Positions 27,483 through 35,972 of a DNA stretch of 64,000 nucleotides are shown here, one piece after another; position 1 is the first letter of the stretch; each line of letters begins with the position of its first letter. The DNA is taken from NCBI GenBank assembly GCA_903874345.1, contig CAIQRY010000065.1, positions 2,679 to 66,678 on the forward strand, read 5' to 3'. The position numbers and the translations under genes are program-made. The DNA is from an uncultured bacterium. GTDB taxonomy: Bacteria; Patescibacteriota; Patescibacteriia; Patescibacteriales; UBA12465. Below the pieces are notes generated by a model. It was not told the origin of the DNA and searched no databases. It worked only from the letters and a program-made list of their open reading frames with translations.

Positions 27483-28580
27483 TTAATTTTTCTTTAACCA
27501 ACGCAGATAGGCTTCCATAAACGGTTCCAAATCACCGTCTAAAACCGCATCAACGTTGGAATTTTCAAAATTCGTCCGATGATCTTTAACTAAACGATTG
27601 CCATAAAGAAAATACGACCGTATTTGCCGTCCCCATTCCGCCTTAGTTAATTCTCCCTTAAGTTCCCTTTCCTCGCTCTCCTTGGCCGTGAGCGCTAATT
27701 GATATAATTTGGTTTTTAAAATCTTTAAGGCGTTCTCCTTATTCTGACGCTGCGAGCGTTCGCTCTGGCAGGAAACCGTGATGCCGGTTGGCAAATGGAC
27801 TAAGCGCACGGCCGAGTCCGTCGTATTCACGCTTTGGCCGCCCGGCCCGCTCGAACGAAAAACATCAATACGTAAATCTTCTTCTTTAATCACAATTTCA
27901 CCGTCATCTTTTAATTCCGGAATAACTTCGACTAAAGCAAAAGAAGTCTGCCGCAAACCATCGGCATTAAAGGGCGAATTACGTAGTAAGCGATGCACGC
28001 CGTTCTCGCTTTTCAAATAACCATAAGCATAGGGCCCGGCGACACGCAGCACTACACTCTTTACTCCCGCCTCATTCCCATAAACCTGATCAAGCACTTC
28101 AGTTTGCCAATTCTCACGTTCCGCAAAGCGTAAGTACATCCGTTCTAAAATCTGCGCCCAATCCTGGGCGTCTACACCGCCTGTACCGGCGTGAATTGCC
28201 AGTAAGGCGTTATCATGGTCATACTTCTCGGAAAACAAGGCCAAGAACTCAAGATGCGCAAACTTTTTTAATAATTCTTCGTATTTTTTTTCTAACTCCT
28301 CGGTTAAATCTCCACCGCCCTCTTTCTGCGCCAAGGCCGCGATTTCTTCGAGCTCCCTAATCTCTTTTTCCATCAGTAACCAATCTTTTATTTCCGAAGC
28401 TAAGCCTTCTGTTTCCTGACCGGTTTTAACCGCCGCTTCTCGGTCATTCCAAAAATCCGGCGCACTCATTTTAAGGCGCAATTCCTGTTCGACGACGATC
28501 TTTCGATCAATTTCCAAAAGCGCCTTCGTTTTCAAAAAGCGTTCCCGTAAATCTTCTAGTTTTCTTAGGAGATTCTCCAT
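27483..28580 (-). CDS. prfB: Peptide chain release factor 2, encoded in a single frame (no programmed +1 frameshift)
   Basis: 365 aa; SPF tripeptide (LLRNSPFNA) specific to RF2, GGQ motif (SGPGGQSVNTTDSAVRL). Confidence 0.92.
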   Translation of the reverse strand: MENLLRKLEDLRERFLKTKALLEIDRKIVVEQELRLKMSAPDFWNDREAAVKTGQETEGLASEIKDWLLMEKEIRELEEIAALAQKEGGGDLTEELEKKYEELLKKFAHLEFLALFSEKYDHDNALLAIHAGTGGVDAQDWAQILERMYLRFAERENWQTEVLDQVYGNEAGVKSVVLRVAGPYAYGYLKSENGVHRLLRNSPFNADGLRQTSFALVEVIPELKDDGEIVIKEEDLRIDVFRSSGPGGQSVNTTDSAVRLVHLPTGITVSCQSERSQRQNKENALKILKTKLYQLALTAKESEERELKGELTKAEWGRQIRSYFLYGNRLVKDHRTNFENSNVDAVLDGDLEPFMEAYLRWLKKN

Positions 28581-28595
28581 ATGCTTAAATTATAA

Positions 28596-28624
28596 CAAAA
28601 AAACACCCTAGTAAATAGGGTGTT
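28596..28624 (-). terminator. Rho-independent terminator after the TonB-C lipoprotein gene (minus strand), upstream of prfB
   Basis: AACACCCTA-GTAAA-TAGGGTGTT perfect 9 bp stem with a 7-8 nt A-run on plus (U-run on minus). Confidence 0.75.
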
Positions 28625-28660
28625 TGTTCTAGAGAAAACTCAAGCTTTGTGCCTTAATAG

Positions 28661-29068
28661 CTAGCTGAGTTTGAATTGGACGGGCAAAACCAGCATGGTT
28701 TTAACCGGTTTTCCTTTGTCTTCACCAGGAGACCATTTAGGCATAGCCGCCACCTTTTTCAATACGACCTGGTTGCAATCGCCGGTTAAGCCTCTTAACA
28801 CCTTAGCATCCGTAACCTGGCCGGTTTCATCCACTACGAATTGGATAAACACTTTTCCTTGAATTTTTTTGTCTTTGGCCCATTGCGGATATTCAATGGT
28901 TGATAAATAATCAGCCAGTGCCTGATCACCGCCGACAAATTGTGGCATCTTTTCCGGACGCAAATAGACTTCACTTACCTTAGCGTGCTGGCAGCTGGTG
29001 AAAACGAGGGCTGTGATCATGATCACCAACCCTAACATAATTTTAATGTGCTTTTTAATCTTTTTCAT
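28661..29068 (-). CDS. TonB C-terminal-domain protein with lipoprotein-type signal peptide
   Basis: Signal peptide ending LVFTSC. C-terminal about 80 aa matches the TonB_C pattern (YPQWAKDKKIQGKVFIQFVVDETGQVTDAKVLRGL...). Confidence 0.55.
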   Translation of the reverse strand: MKKIKKHIKIMLGLVIMITALVFTSCQHAKVSEVYLRPEKMPQFVGGDQALADYLSTIEYPQWAKDKKIQGKVFIQFVVDETGQVTDAKVLRGLTGDCNQVVLKKVAAMPKWSPGEDKGKPVKTMLVLPVQFKLS

Positions 29069-29127
29069 GACAACCTTGTTTTACGGGGTTTAGATTTTAA
29101 TAATACCGCCAAATTCCCTTTTTTGTC

Positions 29128-29153
29128 AAAAAAAGAACCTCGGAAAACCGAGG
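29128..29153. terminator. Terminator after rpsI (CCTCGG-AAAA-CCGAGG), bidirectional flanks
   Basis: Perfect 6 bp stem; U-run on minus (A7 on plus upstream), T-run on plus downstream. Confidence 0.65.
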
Positions 29154-29184
29154 CTCTTTTTGATATGTAAATTGGAATAGATTT

Positions 29185-29715
29185 TTAACGCTTGCTCCAT
29201 TGCGGGGCTTTTCTGGCCTTGCGTAAACCCGGTTTCTTTCTTTCGACTTGTCTCGGATCGCGAGTTAAGAAGTTATTAACCTTTAAGGCTTCTTTGGTTG
29301 CCGGATCATAGGCAAAAATAGCGCGCGCAATCCCTAAACGAACGGCGCCAATCTGACCAGACTTGCCACCGCCAGAGACGACCACGGAAAAATTAAAATC
29401 GCGACTATGACCAGTAACTTTTAAAGGTTGCGTAATTAAATTAAAACCTTCGCCCGGAAAATACTGATGCGCCCGTTTACCATTAATGATAATAAAGCCT
29501 TTGCCGTCTTCATATAAGCGCACCTGAGCCGCCGCTTGTTTGCGCCGACCGACCGCCTTAGTATATTTACCGGTAAATTCCACCGGATCATTACCAAGCG
29601 GCATAAAATCCTTTTCTTCCGGTAAATCCGTAACCGCCACTTCGCCGATTTCGCGAACTGGTTTAACGATTTTAATTTCTTTTACTGGTTTGCCTTTTAT
29701 TTTCTGATTGGCCAT
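29185..29715 (-). CDS. rpsI: 30S ribosomal protein S9 with an N-terminal extension
   Basis: C-terminal 130 aa is S9 (GGGKSGQIGAVRLGIARA...KARKAPQWSKR). Roughly 45 aa N-terminal extension. Confidence 0.92.
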   Translation of the reverse strand: MANQKIKGKPVKEIKIVKPVREIGEVAVTDLPEEKDFMPLGNDPVEFTGKYTKAVGRRKQAAAQVRLYEDGKGFIIINGKRAHQYFPGEGFNLITQPLKVTGHSRDFNFSVVVSGGGKSGQIGAVRLGIARAIFAYDPATKEALKVNNFLTRDPRQVERKKPGLRKARKAPQWSKR

Positions 29716-29716
29716 A

Positions 29717-30073
29717 TTATTTGATAATTAATCTTTTCAGCATGCCGATGCGCAGTTTCGTGTCCGGTAACATTTCGCGAACGGCGCGGTATAAAACTTC
29801 GCCCGGATTCTTAGCATAGATATCCGACATCTTGCGTGTTTTGAGCCCGCCCAAATAACCGGAAAAATGATAATACTGTTTCTGATTTAATTTTTTACCG
29901 GTAAATTTTAACTTCGTGATGTTTGACACTTCGACAATATCGCCCAAATCTAAATGAGCTTGATATTCCGGTTTATGCTTGCCGCGAAGTAAGGTAGCGA
30001 CTCTGGTCGCCAGACGGCCAACCGACTGATCAGTGGCATCGAGTTTCTGAAGTTTTCTTTCAATATTTTTCAT
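29717..30073 (-). CDS. rplM: 50S ribosomal protein L13 (short form)
   Basis: 118 aa; L13-like, immediately upstream of rpsI as in the canonical rplM-rpsI pair. Confidence 0.85.
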   Translation of the reverse strand: MKNIERKLQKLDATDQSVGRLATRVATLLRGKHKPEYQAHLDLGDIVEVSNITKLKFTGKKLNQKQYYHFSGYLGGLKTRKMSDIYAKNPGEVLYRAVREMLPDTKLRIGMLKRLIIK

Positions 30074-30077
30074 ATAA

Positions 30078-30428
30078 TTAAACTAATTCAATTTGGACCA
30101 TCTCGGCGCCGTCACCCTGGCGATTGCCTAATTTGACTAAACGGGTATAGCCGCCCTGGCGATCTTTATATCTCGCGCCCAAAACTTCCATCGCTTTCTT
30201 GACGGCGTTCTTTTGCAGCAAGACTTTAATTAAACCGCGACGCGCACTTAAATTGCCGACTTTAGCGGCGGTAATTGAACGTTCCACTAAACTGCGAACC
30301 GCTTTCGCTTTAGCACTCGTCGTTTTCACTTTTTCGTATAATAAAATACTGGAGGCCAAATTGCGTAACATCAGTTCGCGGGGGCCCTTCTGTCGATCCA
30401 GAATTTTGTTTTTATTACGGTGTCTCAT
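30078..30428 (-). CDS. rplQ: 50S ribosomal protein L17
   Basis: 116 aa, L17 family, downstream of rpoA. Confidence 0.92.
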   Translation of the reverse strand: MRHRNKNKILDRQKGPRELMLRNLASSILLYEKVKTTSAKAKAVRSLVERSITAAKVGNLSARRGLIKVLLQKNAVKKAMEVLGARYKDRQGGYTRLVKLGNRQGDGAEMVQIELV

Positions 30429-30448
30429 ATAACGGATTAATTAACGGA

Positions 30449-31318
30449 TTATTTTTTAGTTTTTTTCTCTTTTTTAACTTTTTCTTTTTTAACTTTTTTA
30501 TCTTCTTTGGTTTTAGTTTCCGTTTCTTCCTCTTCAACCGAGGTCGCGCCAATAATTTCATCTTCGACTGCTTCTTCTGCGGCGACGGTCGTTTCCTCGC
30601 TTTCCGCCTTCGGCAGTAAAGCATTGAACTGTTCGACTAAAATTTCCGTGGCGCGGTTAAACGCCTCTTCCGGTTTAATCGTCCCGTCGGTCTTAACATT
30701 TAAAATCAATTTATCCCAGTTCGTCATTTTACCGACGCGGGTATTTTCGACATTAATACTAACTAAAATAACCGGGGAAAAAATCGAATCAATTTCAATA
30801 TAACCAATTTCCCGATTTTCTTTCTTCGTGCCTTCCGACATCTTATAGCCGCGGCCTTCTTTAACAAAGATTTCCGCTTCCAAACTACCGGCTTCATCCG
30901 TAATATGAGCAATGACCAAATCCGGGTTCTTAATTTCGACCTGGGAATTTTTAGCAATATCGCCAGCCGTAATTGTTTTTTTGCCCTTAACTTTTAAATC
31001 TAAACGAATTTCTTCTTCCGTAAAGACCTTAAAGCGTATTTGTTTCAAATTTAAAATAATTTCTAGAACATCCTCTTTGACATGAGGGAGAGCCATAAAC
31101 TCATGACTGGCGCCTTTGATTTTCGCACCGATAACCGCGGCTCCTGGTAAAGATGATAATAAAACGCGGCGCAAGGAATTACCCAGCGTCATACCGTAGC
31201 CCGGAAATAAGGGCTCGACCGTAATAATCCCTTCATGGGGACCATTACCGGCTTTAAAATCAATTTTTTTAGGATTGGCGATGTTTTGCATATGTTTTTT
31301 ATTTTGAGTAATACTCAA
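30449..31318 (-). CDS. rpoA: DNA-directed RNA polymerase alpha subunit lacking the canonical C-terminal domain (replaced by an acidic then Lys-rich tail)
   Basis: 289 aa; N-terminal dimerisation/assembly domain is recognisable (GYGMTLGNSLRRVLLSSLPGAAV...). After about residue 235 only EETTVAAEEAVEDE...KKEKVKKEKKTKK, with no helix-hairpin-helix alphaCTD. Confidence 0.88.
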   Translation of the reverse strand: MSITQNKKHMQNIANPKKIDFKAGNGPHEGIITVEPLFPGYGMTLGNSLRRVLLSSLPGAAVIGAKIKGASHEFMALPHVKEDVLEIILNLKQIRFKVFTEEEIRLDLKVKGKKTITAGDIAKNSQVEIKNPDLVIAHITDEAGSLEAEIFVKEGRGYKMSEGTKKENREIGYIEIDSIFSPVILVSINVENTRVGKMTNWDKLILNVKTDGTIKPEEAFNRATEILVEQFNALLPKAESEETTVAAEEAVEDEIIGATSVEEEETETKTKEDKKVKKEKVKKEKKTKK

Positions 31319-31928
31319 TAATCATTTGCACATTTAAATTTTGCGGCAAATCCTGATCTTGCGGCTCATGCAGAACTTTGGCGCTTAAATCCGTCACGTC
31401 AAAATTCAACCAGCTCGGCCGTTGCGCTTTTTTTAACTTCTCGCCTAAATTTTTAAAATAGCGATTATTCTGCTTAGTCTTTTTAATCTTAATGACCTGG
31501 CCTAATTTAACCGTCATCGAGGCCGTGCTCGCCTTACGATCATTAACCGTAAAATGACCATGAGTGACGAGCTGTCTCGCCTGCGCGCGAGAGGTCGCCC
31601 AACCGAGGCGGTAAATGACGTTGTCGAGGCGCATTTCGAGCAAGCGTAAAAAGTTTTTACCGGCATCACCCTGTTTCTTTTTAGCTCTCTCAAAAGTCAA
31701 ACTTAATTGTTTTTCAAATAAGCCATAATATTTTTTGGCTTTCTGTTTCTCCTGTAATTGCAAACCGTAGTCGCTCAAACGCTTATGTCCTTTGGGGCCA
31801 TGAAAACCCGGCGCATAGTTGCGTTTAATGATCGCGCATTTCGGACCTAAGCAGCGTTCGCCTTTTAAGAAAAGCTTTTCGCCCGCCCGACGGCATTGCT
31901 TGCATTTATTATCGATATTTCTACCCAT
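31299..31928 (-). CDS. rpsD: 30S ribosomal protein S4 (zinc-ribbon type)
   Basis: 209 aa; N-terminal CKQCRR...C..PKC zinc motif, S4 domain. Confidence 0.95.
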   Translation of the reverse strand: MGRNIDNKCKQCRRAGEKLFLKGERCLGPKCAIIKRNYAPGFHGPKGHKRLSDYGLQLQEKQKAKKYYGLFEKQLSLTFERAKKKQGDAGKNFLRLLEMRLDNVIYRLGWATSRAQARQLVTHGHFTVNDRKASTASMTVKLGQVIKIKKTKQNNRYFKNLGEKLKKAQRPSWLNFDVTDLSAKVLHEPQDQDLPQNLNVQMIIEYYSK

Positions 31929-31945
31929 AAGATTATAAATTTAAA

Positions 31946-32500
31946 TTAGACGCGACGTGGTTTCTTCGGCCGGCAACCATTATGCGGTACCGGGGTAATA
32001 TCCTTAATCGCGGTCACTTCTAAGCCATTGGCATTTAAAGCGCGGATGGCCGCTTCACGACCAGTGCCGACACCGGAAACAAAAACGCTGACTTCCTGTA
32101 AACCATATTCTTCTTTCGCTTTCTGCGTCGCAATTTTAGTAATAATTTGCGCGGCATAAGGGGTCGCTTTTTTTGCGCCCTTAAATCCGGCTAAACCCGC
32201 ACTTGCCCAAGAAATCACATCGCCATTCGTATCGGTTAAGGTCACCATCGTGTTATTATAAGTCGCCTGAACATAAGCCCGGCCGACTTTAACAATCTTG
32301 GCGGTCTTTTTCTTTTTCTTCTTGATTAATTTTTTCTTGGCGCGCGCCTGTTTATTCTTTTCCAGTTTCTGTTTGATTTCTTCCGGCAGTTCTTCGCTCG
32401 TGGTATCAAAAGAAAACTCGCTTTCGCGTTCTTCTTTGACTTCCTCGACCGGGGCCTTAGGCGTCGCCTTGATTTCTTCGGATTTTATTTCGTCAGACAT
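31946..32500 (-). CDS. rpsK: 30S ribosomal protein S11 with an acidic/Lys-rich N-terminal extension
   Basis: C-terminal 125 aa is S11. First roughly 60 aa is E/K-rich ([26 protein letters not shown]). Confidence 0.92.
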   Translation of the reverse strand: MSDEIKSEEIKATPKAPVEEVKEERESEFSFDTTSEELPEEIKQKLEKNKQARAKKKLIKKKKKKTAKIVKVGRAYVQATYNNTMVTLTDTNGDVISWASAGLAGFKGAKKATPYAAQIITKIATQKAKEEYGLQEVSVFVSGVGTGREAAIRALNANGLEVTAIKDITPVPHNGCRPKKPRRV

Positions 32501-32523
32501 ATTAAAAATCTGTATTAATTATT

Positions 32524-32919
32524 TTAGGTTTTCTGTAAACCAGCTTTTGACTTACCGCTACCCATGGTCACGCGCTTATTGCCGCGAACCGTTCGGCTAT
32601 TTGTCTTAGTTCTTTGACCGCGAACCGGCAAATGACGAGCATGACGTAAACCGCGGTAGCTGCCAATTTCCTTTAACCGTTTGATATTGGATTGCACTTC
32701 GCGACGCAAATCGCCCTCGACCGTGTACTTCTTTTCCACGATTTCTCTTAAGCGATTAGTTTCGTCTTCTTTTAAATCTTTAACCCTGATGTTCTTATCA
32801 ACCTTAGCGTCAGCCAAAATCACGTTCGAACGCGTGCGGCCGATGCCGTGGATATAGGTTAAAGCGATTTCGATTCTTTTGTCATTGGGAATATTGACTC
32901 CCGCAATTCTTACTGCCAT
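32524..32919 (-). CDS. rpsM: 30S ribosomal protein S13
   Basis: 131 aa; [27 protein letters not shown]. Confidence 0.95.
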   Translation of the reverse strand: MAVRIAGVNIPNDKRIEIALTYIHGIGRTRSNVILADAKVDKNIRVKDLKEDETNRLREIVEKKYTVEGDLRREVQSNIKRLKEIGSYRGLRHARHLPVRGQRTKTNSRTVRGNKRVTMGSGKSKAGLQKT

Positions 32920-32931
32920 AGATATAAAAAA

Positions 32932-33045
32932 TTACCCCTGTCTTTGTTTATGTTTGGGGTTCTTGCAAATTACGCGGACCCGGCCTTTACGGCGGACGAC
33001 TTTGCAGTCTTTGCAGATTGGTTTAGCACTAGCTCTTACTTTCAT
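32932..33045 (-). CDS. rpmJ: 50S ribosomal protein L36 (not in the ORF track; found by hand translation)
   Basis: Minus-strand translation from ATG at 33043-33045 gives [37 protein letters not shown], 37 aa, with the classic L36 C-x2-C...C...H zinc motif, between infA and rpsM. Confidence 0.85.
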   Translation of the reverse strand: MKVRASAKPICKDCKVVRRKGRVRVICKNPKHKQRQG

Positions 33046-33063
33046 AGTATATCCAATTATTTA

Positions 33064-33321
33064 TTACAAACGGTAAATGATCCGGCCCTTAGTCAGGTCA
33101 TAAGGGCTGATTTGCAGCTTAACCTTATCACCGGGGAGGAGCCGAATCTTATTCATTCGCATTTTTCCGGACAAATGGGCGAAAACTTCGTGACCATTCT
33201 CAATAACCACCCGGAAACTGGCGGCCGGCATGAGCTCAACCACTTCGCCCTGGATTTCAATGAAGTCCTTGGCGTTTAAAGTGACTGAATCATTACTGTT
33301 TTTTTCAATTTCGTTTGACAT
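33064..33321 (-). CDS. infA: Translation initiation factor IF-1
   Basis: From internal Met: ...[67 protein letters not shown] matches the IF-1 S1-like fold. The ORF-track start at 33363 probably over-extends. Confidence 0.9.
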   Translation of the reverse strand: MSNEIEKNSNDSVTLNAKDFIEIQGEVVELMPAASFRVVIENGHEVFAHLSGKMRMNKIRLLPGDKVKLQISPYDLTKGRIIYRL

Positions 33322-33461
33322 TAACACAAAAAAATTTGATAAAGACTTTAGGCGCCTTATCAAAATTTCTTTATAAAATATTTAGCTTTTTTATAATAAT
33401 ATTCTTAATAAAACTATTATAGGGATAAGCGCCTCGGTTGTCAAGAGTTCGGGCTGGAAAT

Positions 33462-33493
33462 AATAAAAAATCCGTTTTTTGAGAAAAAACGGA
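33462..33493 (-). terminator. Rho-independent terminator downstream of the 173 aa hypothetical gene, upstream of infA
   Basis: TCCGTTTTTT-GAG-AAAAAACGGA perfect 10 bp inverted repeat with an A6 run on plus (U-run on minus). Confidence 0.7.
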
Positions 33494-33515
33494 TAAAAAC
33501 TAGCTTCTTTTCCGG

Positions 33516-34037
33516 TTATTTCGCGTTTTTTGCGAAATAAGGATAATAGGATCCTGACCGCTCTTTATCTCCACGAGCATAGATTGTATCGCCTTTGATA
33601 AAGCTATGCTCGGAAAACATGAGACTGACATAAAAGGAGCCACCTGCCTCCGTGGAGTGCCAAGGTGCCCAAGTCGGATAACCTCCGAAATAGCAGAGAC
33701 ATTTTCCCCACTCGGCTGGAAAAATTTTTGCCTGAGTTTGGTTGGCGGCAATCTCTTCGACTCTGTTTTTCAGGAATTCCAGTTCAGCACTGCTCCCAAG
33801 CTCGGGAATATAAGAAACTCTCAGCGCCAGGCGATGCCCCTCGAAAAAGACCAGACAAACATCGCGACCGTTATATTGGCAATAAGGGATGACCATCTCG
33901 TCGTTTCCTGTATTAACTTTATAAACGGTTTGTTTCTGGTTTGGTTTCTCGCTGTTTTTAATAAAATAAACAGCAATTAAAGTGAATACTGCAATTGGGA
34001 TAGCTACGCGGACAAAAAAAATGAGAATACGGTTCAT
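33516..34037 (-). CDS. Hypothetical protein with N-terminal signal-anchor helix
   Basis: 173 aa, N-terminal hydrophobic segment, several Cys/Tyr/Trp, no known motif. Confidence 0.5.
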   Translation of the reverse strand: MNRILIFFVRVAIPIAVFTLIAVYFIKNSEKPNQKQTVYKVNTGNDEMVIPYCQYNGRDVCLVFFEGHRLALRVSYIPELGSSAELEFLKNRVEEIAANQTQAKIFPAEWGKCLCYFGGYPTWAPWHSTEAGGSFYVSLMFSEHSFIKGDTIYARGDKERSGSYYPYFAKNAK

Positions 34038-34187
34038 GACACTTATGATTTAGGTTAATATTTTTTTTAAAAAACTAATAAAATTATATCACTTTTTAAT
34101 ATAATTGTCAATAAAAGGAGGGTCTAACAAATAAAAAATGGCTTATCTTAGCCATTTTTTTATTATAAATACCTTGTATATCCCAAT

Positions 34188-35954
34188 TTATTCCAAAACC
34201 GCCTTAATTCGTCTTACTCCTGAGCTCGAGGCTTCCTCTTTTTGAATCTTGAAATGACCGAGCGCTCCGGTATGGGTGACATGCGGACCGCCGCAGATTT
34301 CTTTTGAATAATCAGCAATCGTATAGACCTTAACTTTCTCGCCATACTTTGAATCAAAAACACCCATCGCGCCCCGCTCTTTTGCTTCGTTAAGTGACAT
34401 CTCGGTCATAACGACCGGCCAATCGTGACTAATCGCGTCGTTAACCAAGGCCTCGACTTGTGCAATCTGCTCCGGCGTCATCTTTTCGGGATGCGAAAAA
34501 TCTAAACGTAGTCTTTCCGGCGTAATATTGCTTCCCTTCTGCGTCACATGCTCGCCCAAGACTTTTCGGAGCGCGGCAATCATCAAATGCGCCGCGGTAT
34601 GTAGTTTTGTCGTTTCTTCTCCGCCATCCGCCAAACCGCCCTTGAATTTTCCGGCCGCGGCCGTGCGCGAAAGGTCTTGATGTTTTTTAAGTTCGGCTTC
34701 AAAGCCGGCACGATCAACGCTCATCTTATTTTCTTTGGCTAGTTCTTCGGTTATCTCTAAAGGAAAGCCATAACTCTGATATAACATAAAAGCTTCGGCG
34801 CCGCTAATTTCCTTGCCCGTTATTTTTTTAAATTCTAATAAACCTTTTTCTAAAGTCCGATCAAACTTTTCTTCTTCTTTATCTAAATTATCAAGGATAA
34901 AATTCTTATTCCTAATTAATTCCGGATAGACCTGGCCATAATCCTTAATCACGACCAAAGCGATTTCCTTGGTCCAAAGATTTTGTTTAATCCCTAATTG
35001 CCGGCCGTAGCGAATCGCCCGGCGAATCAAGCGGCGGATAATATAACCTTGATCCGTATTGGACGGCGTTAGTCCGCGGTCATCACCGATTAAAAAAGTC
35101 GCGGCTTTGATATGATCGCTAATGACGCGCATCGCCTTTTTTGTTTCTTCGTTCTCATTATATTTATGCCCGCTTAATTCCTCGACCTTAGTAATTAAAT
35201 TAGAAAATAAATCAGTCTGATAATTATCATCAAAACCGTTTAAAACCGCGATTGTTCTTTCTAAGCCTAAACCCGTATCCACATTCTTCTGAACAAGCGG
35301 TTCGAAATGGCCGCCCCCCTGCTTATTATATTCCATGAAGACATTATTCCAGATTTCAACCCAGAGTTCGCTATCATCATTAAAGCCTACCGGCACATTT
35401 TTAGCGTCCCCAGCGAAGTAAAAAATTTCCGTATCCGGGCCGCAGGGTCCGGTTAAGCCAGCCGGTCCCCACCAATTATTTTTTTTCGGTAATTTCGCAA
35501 TCCGCTTGGCGTCGACTCCTAAGGATAGCCATAAGTCATATGACTCCTGATCAAAAGGCGCATCAGCGTCACCCTTAAAAACAGAAACGGCCAAACGGTT
35601 CTTATCTAAATTCAGCCACTGAGGAGAAGTTAAAAACTCCCAACTCCATTTAATCGAGTCCGTTTTAAAATAATCGCCAAAAGACCAATTACCCATCATC
35701 TCAAAAAACGTATGATGCTTAGCGTCGCCGACCTCGTCGATATCATCGGTCCGCAAACATTTCTGGGCGCTCGTGAGGCGTCGGCCAACCGGATGCGCCG
35801 TGCCCATTAAATATGGAACGAGCGGATGCATGCCCGCGGTCGTAAACAAGACAGTCGGATCGTTTTCCGGAATTAAAGAAGCACTCGTAATTACGGCGTG
35901 TCCCTTAGTCTTAAAAAAATTTAAATAATTTTGTCTTAATTCTCCTGAAGTCAT
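34188..35954 (-). CDS. alaS: Alanyl-tRNA synthetase, truncated form (catalytic + tRNA-recognition + editing core, no C-Ala/oligomerisation domain)
   Basis: 588 aa; class II AlaRS N-terminus (FTTAGMHPLVPYLMG), WGPAGLTGPCGPDTEIF. Editing-domain metal ligands HTAAHLM ... CGGPHV; ends where the usual C-terminal third would begin. Confidence 0.85.
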   Translation of the reverse strand: MTSGELRQNYLNFFKTKGHAVITSASLIPENDPTVLFTTAGMHPLVPYLMGTAHPVGRRLTSAQKCLRTDDIDEVGDAKHHTFFEMMGNWSFGDYFKTDSIKWSWEFLTSPQWLNLDKNRLAVSVFKGDADAPFDQESYDLWLSLGVDAKRIAKLPKKNNWWGPAGLTGPCGPDTEIFYFAGDAKNVPVGFNDDSELWVEIWNNVFMEYNKQGGGHFEPLVQKNVDTGLGLERTIAVLNGFDDNYQTDLFSNLITKVEELSGHKYNENEETKKAMRVISDHIKAATFLIGDDRGLTPSNTDQGYIIRRLIRRAIRYGRQLGIKQNLWTKEIALVVIKDYGQVYPELIRNKNFILDNLDKEEEKFDRTLEKGLLEFKKITGKEISGAEAFMLYQSYGFPLEITEELAKENKMSVDRAGFEAELKKHQDLSRTAAAGKFKGGLADGGEETTKLHTAAHLMIAALRKVLGEHVTQKGSNITPERLRLDFSHPEKMTPEQIAQVEALVNDAISHDWPVVMTEMSLNEAKERGAMGVFDSKYGEKVKVYTIADYSKEICGGPHVTHTGALGHFKIQKEEASSSGVRRIKAVLE

Positions 35955-35972
35955 ATGTTTATGATATTGGTT

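Noticed and set aside
27483-28580. Expected programmed +1 frameshift site in prfB
   Set aside because: The ORF is continuous from Met1; no in-frame TGA or CTT-TGA-C motif in the first 40 codons.
30461-30505. Short tandem repeat cttttttaacttttt x2 on the plus strand
   Set aside because: It is the codon-level echo of the KKEKVKKEKK tail of RpoA, not a CRISPR or regulatory repeat; only two copies.
30415-30624. 69 aa extremely Lys-rich ORF (KKKLKKRKK...)
   Set aside because: Alternative-frame reading of the AAG/AAA-rich tail of rpoA on the same strand; the rpoA frame is continuous and homologous, this one is not.
33500-33980. ORFs 33500-33751 (-), 33606-33980 (+) and 33665-33892 (+) overlapping the 173 aa hypothetical
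   Set aside because: Mutually overlapping alternative frames. The longest ORF (33516-34037) has a plausible signal-anchor N-terminus and a terminator right after its stop, so it was kept and the others dropped.
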